DNA of 55,311 nucleotides from a virus: positions 1 to 55,311 of IMG/VR virus record IMGVR_UViG_3300022700_000082. One strand, 5' to 3'. A program made the position numbers and the translations under genes. The notes under the pieces were generated by a model. It was not told the origin of the DNA and searched no databases. It was given only the letters and a program-made list of their open reading frames with translations. This document shows positions 1 to 8,388 of the stretch, in pieces (position 1 is the first letter of the stretch; each line of letters starts with the position of its first letter).

Positions 1-99
1 CACGTCGGTGGCTTTACACCGCGATCACCCGCGCTGCGGAGAAAGTGACTGTCAGGCTATGATCATCCTCTTTGCCCTCGCCACCAGGATCCAACCTCG
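1..99. repeat. terminal overlap, identical to 55213..55311 (circular or terminally redundant contig)
   Basis: Both window ends read cacgtcggtggctttacacc...ggatccaacctcg (99 nt, no mismatch). Bases 1-62 duplicate the 3' end of the helicase CDS 54105..55274. Confidence 0.95.
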
Positions 100-120
100 G
101 ATCCATGTCTCTCCGGGAGT

Positions 121-471
121 ATGGGTTCTGGCCGTGATCTTCGATGCCTACTTGCTGGCGAAATTGGTATGAGTAGAAGCTGCCATAGGGTATGGCTCTA
201 CCGAAACGGGAGGCTGCTTGAGATGCATGATTGCCCTATTGACCACGTTCTGAACCTGCGCTACATCGCGCAGAACGATTATATGATCGACCAGCACATG
301 CTGCCAACCGGAAAGGAACTGGAGGCAGCGGCCGACTGCCTGGAGGACGTGCGGAAGTGGCGCGACGAGAACAAGACCCACCTGGAGGACAAAGGCATCC
401 TCCGGGACCTGAACCGTATCCTGGAAGATGATAAGCCACTATACACCTCAGTCTGGACATCGAGACCCTGA
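121..471 (+). CDS. hypothetical protein (116 aa; alternative start at M17, nt 169)
   Basis: ORF in the gap between the helicase and RNR genes. GC is visibly lower and third codon positions more A/T-rich than in neighbouring genes. No recognisable motif. Confidence 0.45.
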   Translation: MGSGRDLRCLLAGEIGMSRSCHRVWLYRNGRLLEMHDCPIDHVLNLRYIAQNDYMIDQHMLPTGKELEAAADCLEDVRKWRDENKTHLEDKGILRDLNRILEDDKPLYTSVWTSRP

Positions 472-527
472 GCATGTGGCCTGGAGTTCTGGTGACCAAC
501 AACCTGACCAGAAGGAGATAGAGCCGT

Positions 528-3263
528 ATGGGACCTCAGAACCCGTTTTCCGAGTCGCTGCACGCCGAGAAATACCGCGCCCCCGGCGAGTCCTTCCGCG
601 AGGCAATGAACCGCGTCGCCTCCGCCCTGAAGGAAGACGATGAACACTACCACGCATTTCGGGAAGCTCTGCTCGATATGCGCTTCCTGCCGGGTGGCCG
701 GATCCAGGCTGCGGTGGGATCAACCCGAGACGTTACCCCCTACAACTGCTTCGTCTCCCAGACGATCCAGGACTCCTTCACCGCCGGCCGGTCCTCGATC
801 ATGGAGTGTGCCACGCTCGCGGCCGAGACGATGCGACGCGGCGGCGGGATCGGATACGACTTCTCGACCCTGCGCCCCCGTGGCGCGCTGATCCGCAAGC
901 TCCAGAGCAGCAGCTCAGGACTGGTCTCTTTTATGGAGATTTTCGACGCCATCTGCCGCTGCGTCTCCAGCTCCGGCCACCGGCGCGGCGCGCAGATGGG
1001 CGTCCTCCGCGTGGACCACCCGGACATCGAGGAATTCGTCCACGCGAAGCGCCGGCTCGGGCGGCTCGAAGGTTTCAACATATCGGTCGCCGTGACCGAC
1101 GAGTTTATGCTGGCCCTGGAAAACGACGGGCTGTTTGACCTGCAGTTTGAAGGCCAGGTCTACAAGACCATCAAAGCCCGCGCGCTCTGGGAAACCATCA
1201 TGCGGTCCTGCTGGGACTGGGCCGAGCCTGGCGTCCTCTTCATCGACACGATCAACCGGATGAACAACCTGGCCTACTGCGAGACGATCGCAGCGACGAA
1301 CCCGTCGATGCCCGCTGGGACACTGGTCCATACGGACCGCGGGGTCGTTCCCATCGAGACACTAGAAGGAGACAGTTTCCGTGTGAAGTCTCTCGACGGG
1401 ACATGGGCACAGGCAGAGTGCTTCCTCTCTGGTGAGAACGAAGAGCTGCTGGAGCTAGATTTCGGCGGAGGGCGGACCGTGCAGTCCACGCCCAAGCATC
1501 GGTGGCCTGTGCTCCTGAACGGGCGGTACGTCAAGGTAGACGCCAAGGACCTGCGGCCAGGAGACCTAATCCCAGCGCCTCGGAATGAGCGCATGGGGCA
1601 TAGTGTCCGTGACGATCTAAGCTACACGGACGGCCTCGTGGCGGGACTGGCCTTCGGCGACGGCAGCTACAACGAGCGTAGGGATGACGGTCGCGCCTAC
1701 CTACACTTCCACTTGAACCAGGAAGACGATGAGCTGCACTACATTGTGGCGACCTACTTCGGCGCGAACGTGGCGGTCCAGCCGGACGAGGCCGTGGTCC
1801 ACGTCAACAAGGACACGGACGTGCGTGGCTTCATGCAGAGGGTCGGGCTCACCTTTGGCAACAAGGACCAGCTCCCGAGCGAAGTCTGGAGGTCCAACGA
1901 CGAGTTCGTTGCCGGTTTCATCGACGGGCTATTCTCGTCGGACGGCCACGTCTCCCTGGCGAACGCGAAGATGCAGTTCACCAACAGGCGCCGCGCAGTC
2001 TGCCTAGAGCTTTCGAAACTTCTCGGCTTCCACGGAGTGCTCTCGACAGTTCGTACCAGCACATCAACCTTCGACGGTCAGGTGTTCGAGCGTACCGACC
2101 TCACGGTTCCCCACAACAGCGCGAAGCGTTTCGCAACCCTCTTCAGTCTGAGCTGCCTGCGAAAGCAGAACGCCCTGTCGGACCTGTGCGAGACTGAAAC
2201 GCGCGACAACGTGCTGACGGACCACGTGAAGCTGAAGACCGTGCGGACAGCGGGATCGGCCAAGGTATGGGACATCACGGTCTATCACGACCACCACGTC
2301 TTCCCCACGACGTGGTGCTACACCGGGAACTGCGGCGAGCAGCCGCTCCCGCCCGACGGCGCCTGCCTGCTGGGTTCGTTCAACCTGGTGAAGTACCTGC
2401 GCGACGTCGTTGTCGGCCCAGGGAAAACGGCCGTCGCGTTCGACTACGACAAGCTGGTGGCGGACATCCCCCCGATCATCCGCGCGATGGACAACGTCAT
2501 CGACTGCGCGACCTATCCCCTCTACGAGCAGGAGGCAGAAGCGAGGGCGAAGCGCCGGATGGGCCTCGGCGTGACCGGCGTCGCGAACGCCATCGAGGCG
2601 ATGGGCTTCCCCTACGGCTCGCCCGAGTTCTGTACTCGCCTGGAGGCGATCCTTCGGACGATCGCAGACCGCTGCTATCACGCCTCGGTCGACATAGCGA
2701 AGGAGAAGGGACCGTTCCCGGCCTACCGTCCCGAGTACCTGGACAGCGCCTTCCTGGCCCGGCCGGAGTTCGACAAGCTGCGGAACCGGATCGAAGTCCA
2801 CGGCATCCGGAACAGCCACCTGCTCTCGATCGCACCGACCGGGACGATCAGTGTCTGCGCGGACAACATCTCCAGCGGCATCGAGCCGGTCTTTAGTTAC
2901 GCGGCCGACCGCGTCTACATCGGGCCCAACGGACCCGAGCAGGTCGAGGTCCGGGACTACGGCGTCGAGCACCTGGGCGTCCACGGGAAGCGCGCGAAGG
3001 ACGTCACGCTCGACGAGCACCTGGCGGTCCTGAAGGTCGCCTCCGCCTGGGTCGACAGCGCCGTCTCGAAGACCACGAACCTGACCGGCGACGTGCCCTG
3101 GGAAAAGTTCAAGGACCTGTACCTGAAGGCCTGGCGCGCCGGCGTCAAGGGCTGCACCGTCTACAACGTCGACGGCAAGCGGAACGCGGTCCTAACCTCG
3201 AAGGACGAGGACGGGGCCAGCTGCCGGATCGACCCAACTACCGGGAGACAGGATTGTGACTGA
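528..3263 (+). CDS. nrdJ: class II (adenosylcobalamin-type) ribonucleotide reductase, interrupted by an intein
   Basis: 911-aa ORF with an AAGGAGA SD upstream. Extein motifs: RFLPGGRI, GGGIGYDFSTLRPRG, the active-site loop TNP/CGEQPL (split by the insert), and a C-terminal Cys pair (ASCRIDPTTGRQDC). Removing residues 260-601 leaves about 569 aa. Confidence 0.85.
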   Translation: MGPQNPFSESLHAEKYRAPGESFREAMNRVASALKEDDEHYHAFREALLDMRFLPGGRIQAAVGSTRDVTPYNCFVSQTIQDSFTAGRSSIMECATLAAETMRRGGGIGYDFSTLRPRGALIRKLQSSSSGLVSFMEIFDAICRCVSSSGHRRGAQMGVLRVDHPDIEEFVHAKRRLGRLEGFNISVAVTDEFMLALENDGLFDLQFEGQVYKTIKARALWETIMRSCWDWAEPGVLFIDTINRMNNLAYCETIAATNPSMPAGTLVHTDRGVVPIETLEGDSFRVKSLDGTWAQAECFLSGENEELLELDFGGGRTVQSTPKHRWPVLLNGRYVKVDAKDLRPGDLIPAPRNERMGHSVRDDLSYTDGLVAGLAFGDGSYNERRDDGRAYLHFHLNQEDDELHYIVATYFGANVAVQPDEAVVHVNKDTDVRGFMQRVGLTFGNKDQLPSEVWRSNDEFVAGFIDGLFSSDGHVSLANAKMQFTNRRRAVCLELSKLLGFHGVLSTVRTSTSTFDGQVFERTDLTVPHNSAKRFATLFSLSCLRKQNALSDLCETETRDNVLTDHVKLKTVRTAGSAKVWDITVYHDHHVFPTTWCYTGNCGEQPLPPDGACLLGSFNLVKYLRDVVVGPGKTAVAFDYDKLVADIPPIIRAMDNVIDCATYPLYEQEAEARAKRRMGLGVTGVANAIEAMGFPYGSPEFCTRLEAILRTIADRCYHASVDIAKEKGPFPAYRPEYLDSAFLARPEFDKLRNRIEVHGIRNSHLLSIAPTGTISVCADNISSGIEPVFSYAADRVYIGPNGPEQVEVRDYGVEHLGVHGKRAKDVTLDEHLAVLKVASAWVDSAVSKTTNLTGDVPWEKFKDLYLKAWRAGVKGCTVYNVDGKRNAVLTSKDEDGASCRIDPTTGRQDCD
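1305..2330 (+). mobile_element. intein (342 aa) with LAGLIDADG homing-endonuclease domain, inserted in nrdJ between NP and CGEQ
   Basis: Block A SMPAGTLVHTDRGVVPIETL (Ser1) and TxxH block STPKHRW. Two LAGLIDADG-like motifs: LVAGLAFGDGSY and FVAGFIDGLFSSDGHV. C-terminus is ...VWDITVYHDHHVFPTTWCYTGN, followed by the +1 Cys of NPCGE. Confidence 0.8.
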
Positions 3264-3489
3264 CCCGAATGAGCGCCAGATCGACATCGAGATGCAGCGG
3301 ATCTACATGCAGAGGATCCTGCGCGACTGCCAGGCCTCCGTCCTGATCGCAGTCGACAGAGAAGGGGGACTCGTCTCCGCCTACATGAACCTGAGCCCAA
3401 TAGAGCGACGGGGTATGATAGAACTGCTGCACGACTCGGTGCCGAGATTCTTCGCGGCAGAGGACGAAGACAATGGCGACGAAGACTAA
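3256..3489 (+). CDS. hypothetical protein (77 aa)
   Basis: GTG start overlapping the nrdJ stop by 8 nt. No motif recognised. Confidence 0.5.
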   Translation: MTDPNERQIDIEMQRIYMQRILRDCQASVLIAVDREGGLVSAYMNLSPIERRGMIELLHDSVPRFFAAEDEDNGDED

Positions 3490-4279
3490 AAAGTTCTGGA
3501 CTTTCGTTGGGGAACGTGAGACAATACGCATCCGAAAAGAACGCGGCGACGATCCTCCGTTCACTGATGACCCGAGAATGCGAGACTACTACTTCCCGAA
3601 CCTGCGACGGACCGACGACCCGGCAACCGTCTGGCTCCACGGCGCCCTGCTTCGGCGGCTCGAAAGCCCCGACCAGATCGTCCTGGCGTCGGCGGCCTTC
3701 CGGCTGACCGGCGGATCCATCGCGGCCGGGGAGGCGATGGTCCCGATGTTCACCGGCCCCGGCTTCGACGCGGACATCCTGCTGGGCACCCTGGGCCCCC
3801 TGAAGGCCCCGTTCAACGGGACCGTCCACAGGCACCTGCGTATGGCGACGCTGGCCGACCTGTCCGCCGCCGCCTGCACCTTGGGCGCCGCGAACGGCTA
3901 CTGGCCCCTCCTGAAGGGCGCGTCGCTGTATGACGCCCACAGGGCCCTCAAACGGACGCCGAAAATAGGCCCCGATCTGGCCTACGAGATCGTCTGCGAC
4001 CTGCGCCGGACGGCCGTCCTCCGGGACGCCTCCGACGTGCGCACGTGGGCCCACCCCGGCTTGTCGGCCGTCCTGGCGGCCGGGGCTATCACTGACAATG
4101 ACTGGCGCCACACACGCCAGGCAGATCGCCAGGGGACGCTGCAGCTGATGCGGTTCCTACTGGCGGAAGCCCAGATGGACTACCCAGACTGGGAACTAAG
4201 CGAGATACAGCGGTCTTTGACCCTGTACCACTTCTGGGCCCGAGAGGGCAAACCCACGAGGAGATACCGATGGAAATGA
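3473..4279 (+). CDS. alpha-glutamyl/putrescinyl-thymine pyrophosphorylase (aGPT-Pplase)-like protein (tentative)
   Basis: The N-terminal block FWTFVGERETIRIRKERGDDPPFTDDPRMRDYYFPNLRRTDDPATVWL matches my recollection of that family's conserved block (W..ER..IR..K..G...P.TdDP....Y.F.N..R..D..T.W). By-eye comparison only. Confidence 0.4.
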   Translation: MATKTKKFWTFVGERETIRIRKERGDDPPFTDDPRMRDYYFPNLRRTDDPATVWLHGALLRRLESPDQIVLASAAFRLTGGSIAAGEAMVPMFTGPGFDADILLGTLGPLKAPFNGTVHRHLRMATLADLSAAACTLGAANGYWPLLKGASLYDAHRALKRTPKIGPDLAYEIVCDLRRTAVLRDASDVRTWAHPGLSAVLAAGAITDNDWRHTRQADRQGTLQLMRFLLAEAQMDYPDWELSEIQRSLTLYHFWAREGKPTRRYRWK

Positions 4280-5091
4280 TCCGCGCGCGTAGTCCGCAGG
4301 CGGCGATGCCCGCCCTGCTTCAGGCCATGTACGCCGGGGGCGACCTCGACGACGATGGCAACCTGACCCTCGACCACCCGGTCTTGTTCACCTTCGAGCA
4401 GCCCCGCGAGCGGCTGATCTTCTGGCCATGGATCCGCCGGAACCCCGCCGGGGAACTGGCCTCCGCCCTGCAGCCCCTGGCCCAGGCCGAGGAACGCATC
4501 CCCAACGCGGCCGGGACCATCGTGAAGGGAAGCGAGCACTTCATCTTATCGACGCCCAGCCTGCTGGTTCAGGTCCGGATGGATCGGGCCAGCCGGTTCA
4601 ACATGCACGCGGTCGCCTCCGACTCGAACCCGTTCCAAGGTGCCTTCGGGCAGCTGGGCCTCCAGTTGTCGATCCTCCTGGAGCTGCTCGCGGGCGCCGC
4701 GAAGAAGAACGTCGGCGAGCTGACGATCCAGCACCAGCGCCTGGTCCTGCCGAAGACCGTCGTCGCCCAGCTGCTGGGCGTCGAGATGGCGAACATCGTC
4801 GAGGATCCCTACCGGAACATCAAGCCCCGGAAGATCGACGGCCCGCTGGACATCGCGAACATCCTGGCCACGCCCGAGGAGACGATGGGCAAATCCAAGT
4901 GGGTCCGGCACGTCGCGGGTCCCCTGCTGCTCGCCGGTCGCGCGGAGACGGCGGCCGAGGGAATGGAACTCGCCAAGAAGATCAAGGCCGACGACTTCAA
5001 GCGGTCGATGATCGAGTGGTGCGAGGCCGTCCAGCAGGCCGAGGACTTCAAGGCCCAGCAGGAGGGATCTGCCGGTGGCGAAGAAGGCTAG
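4270..5091 (+). CDS. thymidylate synthase / pyrimidine hydroxymethylase fold-like protein (tentative), with no Cys at the expected nucleophile position
   Basis: Weak by-eye similarity to the TS core. FTFEQPRERLIFWPWIRRNP compares with the N-terminal R/N block. STPSLLVQVRMD...FNMHAVASDSNPFQGAFGQLGLQLSILLELLAGAAKKNVGELTIQHQRLVL compares with ThyA APCHAFFQF...[29 protein letters not shown]...GDFVWTGGDTHLY. Ser sits where the catalytic Cys is expected. Confidence 0.3.
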   Translation: MEMIRARSPQAAMPALLQAMYAGGDLDDDGNLTLDHPVLFTFEQPRERLIFWPWIRRNPAGELASALQPLAQAEERIPNAAGTIVKGSEHFILSTPSLLVQVRMDRASRFNMHAVASDSNPFQGAFGQLGLQLSILLELLAGAAKKNVGELTIQHQRLVLPKTVVAQLLGVEMANIVEDPYRNIKPRKIDGPLDIANILATPEETMGKSKWVRHVAGPLLLAGRAETAAEGMELAKKIKADDFKRSMIEWCEAVQQAEDFKAQQEGSAGGEEG

Positions 5092-7033
5092 AATCGACGC
5101 CCTGCAGATGCCGATGTTTACGAGCGCGGACTCGTCGTGGCGCCCTCCCCATCTGAGTGATCTACCCAGCTGGAAGGGAGCGCCGCGCGTCGCGATCGAC
5201 ATCGAGACCTGCGACCCTGACCTAAAGAAGACCGGGCCGGGCGTCCGGCGCGGCGGCTACATCTGCGGCGTCTCCTTCGCCCTCCAGGGCGACCGCGCCT
5301 ACTACCTCCCCATCCGGCACTTCGGTGGGGACAACATGCCCCACGACCAGATGATCTACTATCTGAAGTCGATGGCGCAGGAGTACGGCGGCGAGGTCAT
5401 CACGGCCAATGGACAATATGACCTGGACTTCCTGGCCCAGGCCGGGATCACGTTCCCGCGCGTCCGCCGGTTCCGGGACGTCCAGATCGCCGACCCCCTG
5501 CTGTACGAGCTGCACAACAGCTACTCGCTGGCAGCGATCCTGACCCGCTGGGGCTACACCGACGGAAAGGACGAGTCGCTCCTGTACCAGGCGGCGAAGG
5601 ACCACGGCGTCGACCCGAAGGGGGGGCTGTGGAAATTGCCTGCCCGCTACGTCGGCCCCTACGCCGAGGGCGACGTCGACCGGCTCTGCGAACTGATCCA
5701 GCGGCAGGAGGACGAACTCCGGCGGCAGGACCTCTGGAACGTCTACGAGCTGGAGTCCCGGCTGCAACCGATCCTCCTGAAGATGCGGCGCAGGGGTGTG
5801 AAGGTCGATCAGGACCAGCTGGCGCGCGTCGAAAAGATGGCGCTAGACGCCGAGGCCAGCGACGCGGCGGAGATCACCCGCCTGACCGGCGTCCGGATGG
5901 GCGTCGACGACTGCAACAAGAAGCAGATCACGGCGGCCGTCCTCGACTCGCGGGGGATCCCCTACGGTTCGACCGAAACTGGCCAGCCCAAGATCGACGT
6001 CGCGACGCTGGAGGCCTCGGCCGATCCCGTCGCGGCGCTGATCCTCCACGCGAAGAAGTCGAACAAGATCCGCACCACGTTCGTCGAGTCGGTCCGCGAC
6101 CACCAGGTGAACGGCCGGATCCACGCGACCTTCAACCAGCTGCGCCGGACACGCGAGACCGGCGACGAGTCAGGCGCGAAGTACGGGCGCCTGTCCTGCT
6201 CCGACCCGAACCTACAGCAGCAGCCCGCCCGCGATCCGGAATACGCGAAGCTCTGGCGCGCGATCTACGTCCCCGACGAGCCCGGAATGATCTGGGCCGC
6301 CTGCGACTACTCGCAGCAGGAGCCCCGTATGCTAGTCCACTTCGCCGAATTGGTTGGGTTGAACGGCGCGCGGGACGCGGCCGAGCGCTACCGGAACGAC
6401 CCGAAGGCGGACAACCACGATATGATGACGGTAATGATCGACCCCACCCTGGAGGCGGTCGACCGGAAGGCGAAGCAGTTTGTCCAGGCGCGGAAGGCAG
6501 CGAAGGCGATCTTCCTGGGCCTATGCTACGGGATGGGATCCGGGAAGCTGGCGGCGTCGGTCGGTCTGCCCACTGTCACCAAGACTCGCGCGGACGGATC
6601 AACCTACCTGGTCGCTGGTCCCGAGGGGCAGGCGCTGCTCGACAAGTTCGACCGGAACGTCCCCTTCGTTCGCGGGATGGCCCGGCTGGTTGAGAAGGAG
6701 GCCAAGCGCAAGGGCTACATCAAGACACTGTCGGGACGGCGCTGCCGGTTCCCTGTCGACGCGGCCGGGAACTTCGAGTGGGCCCACAAGGGTCTGAACA
6801 GACTGATCCAAGGGAGCGCGGCGGATCAGACCAAGAAGGCGATGATCGACCTGGACGAGGCCGGGCACGAGACCCAGCTGCAGGTCCACGACGAAGTATG
6901 CCAGGGCGTCCGGAGCGCGAAGGAAGCCCGCGACATTGCACACATCATGGCGACCTGCCTGAACCTTCGGGTTCCGTCGCGCGTCGACATCGAACTCGGC
7001 CCCAACTGGGGCGAGGCGGAGGAGGTTGACTGA
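5075..7033 (+). CDS. family A DNA polymerase (Pol I-like) with 3'-5' exonuclease domain
   Basis: Exo I motif VAIDIETCD. Pol motifs RLSCSDPNLQQQP, DYSQQEPRMLVHF (motif A), RKAAKAIFLGLCYGMG (motif B) and QVHDEV (motif C). GTG start; downstream in-frame ATGs are possible alternatives. Confidence 0.9.
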   Translation: MAKKARIDALQMPMFTSADSSWRPPHLSDLPSWKGAPRVAIDIETCDPDLKKTGPGVRRGGYICGVSFALQGDRAYYLPIRHFGGDNMPHDQMIYYLKSMAQEYGGEVITANGQYDLDFLAQAGITFPRVRRFRDVQIADPLLYELHNSYSLAAILTRWGYTDGKDESLLYQAAKDHGVDPKGGLWKLPARYVGPYAEGDVDRLCELIQRQEDELRRQDLWNVYELESRLQPILLKMRRRGVKVDQDQLARVEKMALDAEASDAAEITRLTGVRMGVDDCNKKQITAAVLDSRGIPYGSTETGQPKIDVATLEASADPVAALILHAKKSNKIRTTFVESVRDHQVNGRIHATFNQLRRTRETGDESGAKYGRLSCSDPNLQQQPARDPEYAKLWRAIYVPDEPGMIWAACDYSQQEPRMLVHFAELVGLNGARDAAERYRNDPKADNHDMMTVMIDPTLEAVDRKAKQFVQARKAAKAIFLGLCYGMGSGKLAASVGLPTVTKTRADGSTYLVAGPEGQALLDKFDRNVPFVRGMARLVEKEAKRKGYIKTLSGRRCRFPVDAAGNFEWAHKGLNRLIQGSAADQTKKAMIDLDEAGHETQLQVHDEVCQGVRSAKEARDIAHIMATCLNLRVPSRVDIELGPNWGEAEEVD

Positions 7034-7260
7034 TGCAGAGTGACCCGACGTACGACCTGCTGACGATGTTCAAACACCAGGACGAGCAACGGCGCTGGAA
7101 GGCCGAGCGCGAGAACGCGAGCGCCCGCCTGGAACTGGCCCAGATTAGGGAGCGCCTCGCCGAGGTCCTCTCGCAGCACGAACCCGTCGCGAGCCTGAAC
7201 ATCGACCGCGACGACCTGCGGAAGGTCATCGACTACATCCGCAGCGGGAGGAAGATCTGA
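7033..7260 (+). CDS. hypothetical protein (75 aa)
   Basis: Start and stop both overlap the neighbouring genes by 1 nt (TGATG junctions). Charged and helical, with no motif. Confidence 0.55.
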   Translation: MQSDPTYDLLTMFKHQDEQRRWKAERENASARLELAQIRERLAEVLSQHEPVASLNIDRDDLRKVIDYIRSGRKI

Positions 7261-7730
7261 TGCAGAACTATAGCTGGCACCGCCGCTTCATTCAGATGTC
7301 CGGACTCGTGGCGCAATGGTCGAAGGACCCGTCGACGAAGGTCGGCGCCATCCTGGTGAACCCCGAGACCCGGACCGTCGTCGCGACCGGCTACAACGGC
7401 CTGCCCCGCGGCGTCGAGGACCGGCGCGAGCGGATGGAGGTCCGGCCGACGAAGTACCTCTGGACCGAGCACGCCGAACGGAACGCCATCCTGAACGCGG
7501 CACGGAATGGTCACTCGACTGATGGCTGCGTCCTCTACATGAACTTCGAGCCCTGCCCCTGCGCCGACTGCGCTCGGGCCGTGATCCAGGCCGGCATCAT
7601 CGAGATCGTAGGGCCCAACCGACCGTTCGTCGGCAAGGGCACGCAATGGACCGACAACCTAGTGGTCGCGATCGAGATGCTGCTGGAGGCCGGCGTCCGG
7701 ATGACCGTCGTTGAGGACCCGAAGCCATGA
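7260..7730 (+). CDS. dCMP deaminase (cytidine/deoxycytidylate deaminase zinc-binding fold)
   Basis: HAERNAI ... PCPCADCARAVIQAGI (the H-A-E and PC-x2-C zinc motifs); 156 aa. Confidence 0.85.
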   Translation: MQNYSWHRRFIQMSGLVAQWSKDPSTKVGAILVNPETRTVVATGYNGLPRGVEDRRERMEVRPTKYLWTEHAERNAILNAARNGHSTDGCVLYMNFEPCPCADCARAVIQAGIIEIVGPNRPFVGKGTQWTDNLVVAIEMLLEAGVRMTVVEDPKP

Positions 7731-8182
7731 GCGAAGCCAGGATGCGGAAGAAGGTCGTCAAGGCCCTGAAGCCCCTGCACGCGATCGCCGTCGAGAACCC
7801 CTGCCTGCCGGGGACCCCGGACGTCAACCACACAGAGGGCTGGATTGAGCTGAAGTGGCTGCGGTCCTGGCCCAGCAAGCCGGAGACCCCCGTCCGGCTC
7901 GACCATTACACAGCCCCGCAGAAGATCTGGGCCTACCAGCGGCGCCGGGCCGGAGGCCAGTGCTGGTTCCTCCTGCAGTGCGGCCGGGAATGGCTCCTGC
8001 TTGACGGCATCGTGGCGGCCATGCACGTCAACCAGGCAACAAAGCAAGAACTCATTCAGGTGGCCACGGCTTATTACAGCAGTGGACTGTCTGGTGAGGA
8101 TCTGGTAAAATTGCTCCGGCAGCGGCAATCCGCGTTCAGGCCAACACCCGCCGAGATCGCAAGATTCAGGGAGACCACATGA
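7727..8182 (+). CDS. VRR-NUC domain nuclease (PD-(D/E)XK)
   Basis: GTPDVNHTEGWIELKW matches the VRR-NUC G-x-PD ... E-x-K core. Sits in a replication-module context. Confidence 0.7.
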   Translation: MSEARMRKKVVKALKPLHAIAVENPCLPGTPDVNHTEGWIELKWLRSWPSKPETPVRLDHYTAPQKIWAYQRRRAGGQCWFLLQCGREWLLLDGIVAAMHVNQATKQELIQVATAYYSSGLSGEDLVKLLRQRQSAFRPTPAEIARFRETT

Positions 8183-8388
8183 AAGGTCCAGCGGGGTCGG
8201 ACCTTTCGCCCGGCAGAAATGTCTGTCGGAATTGTCGCCAAGCCCAATCGGCGCCGAGGACGGAAGATGTCAAGCAGCGTAGGCGAGAGGCCTACTGCGC
8301 GAGCTGCCATCCTCCGCTCGAAGCTCTCGCAGAGCTGCGGCAGATGTGCGACGAGATCAGGATGCACAACCAGGAGTACTGGGGATGA
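8179..8388 (+). CDS. small Cys-pair (zinc-ribbon-like) protein
   Basis: CRNC ... CASC pairs; ATGA overlaps at both ends. Confidence 0.5.
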   Translation: MKGPAGSDLSPGRNVCRNCRQAQSAPRTEDVKQRRREAYCASCHPPLEALAELRQMCDEIRMHNQEYWG

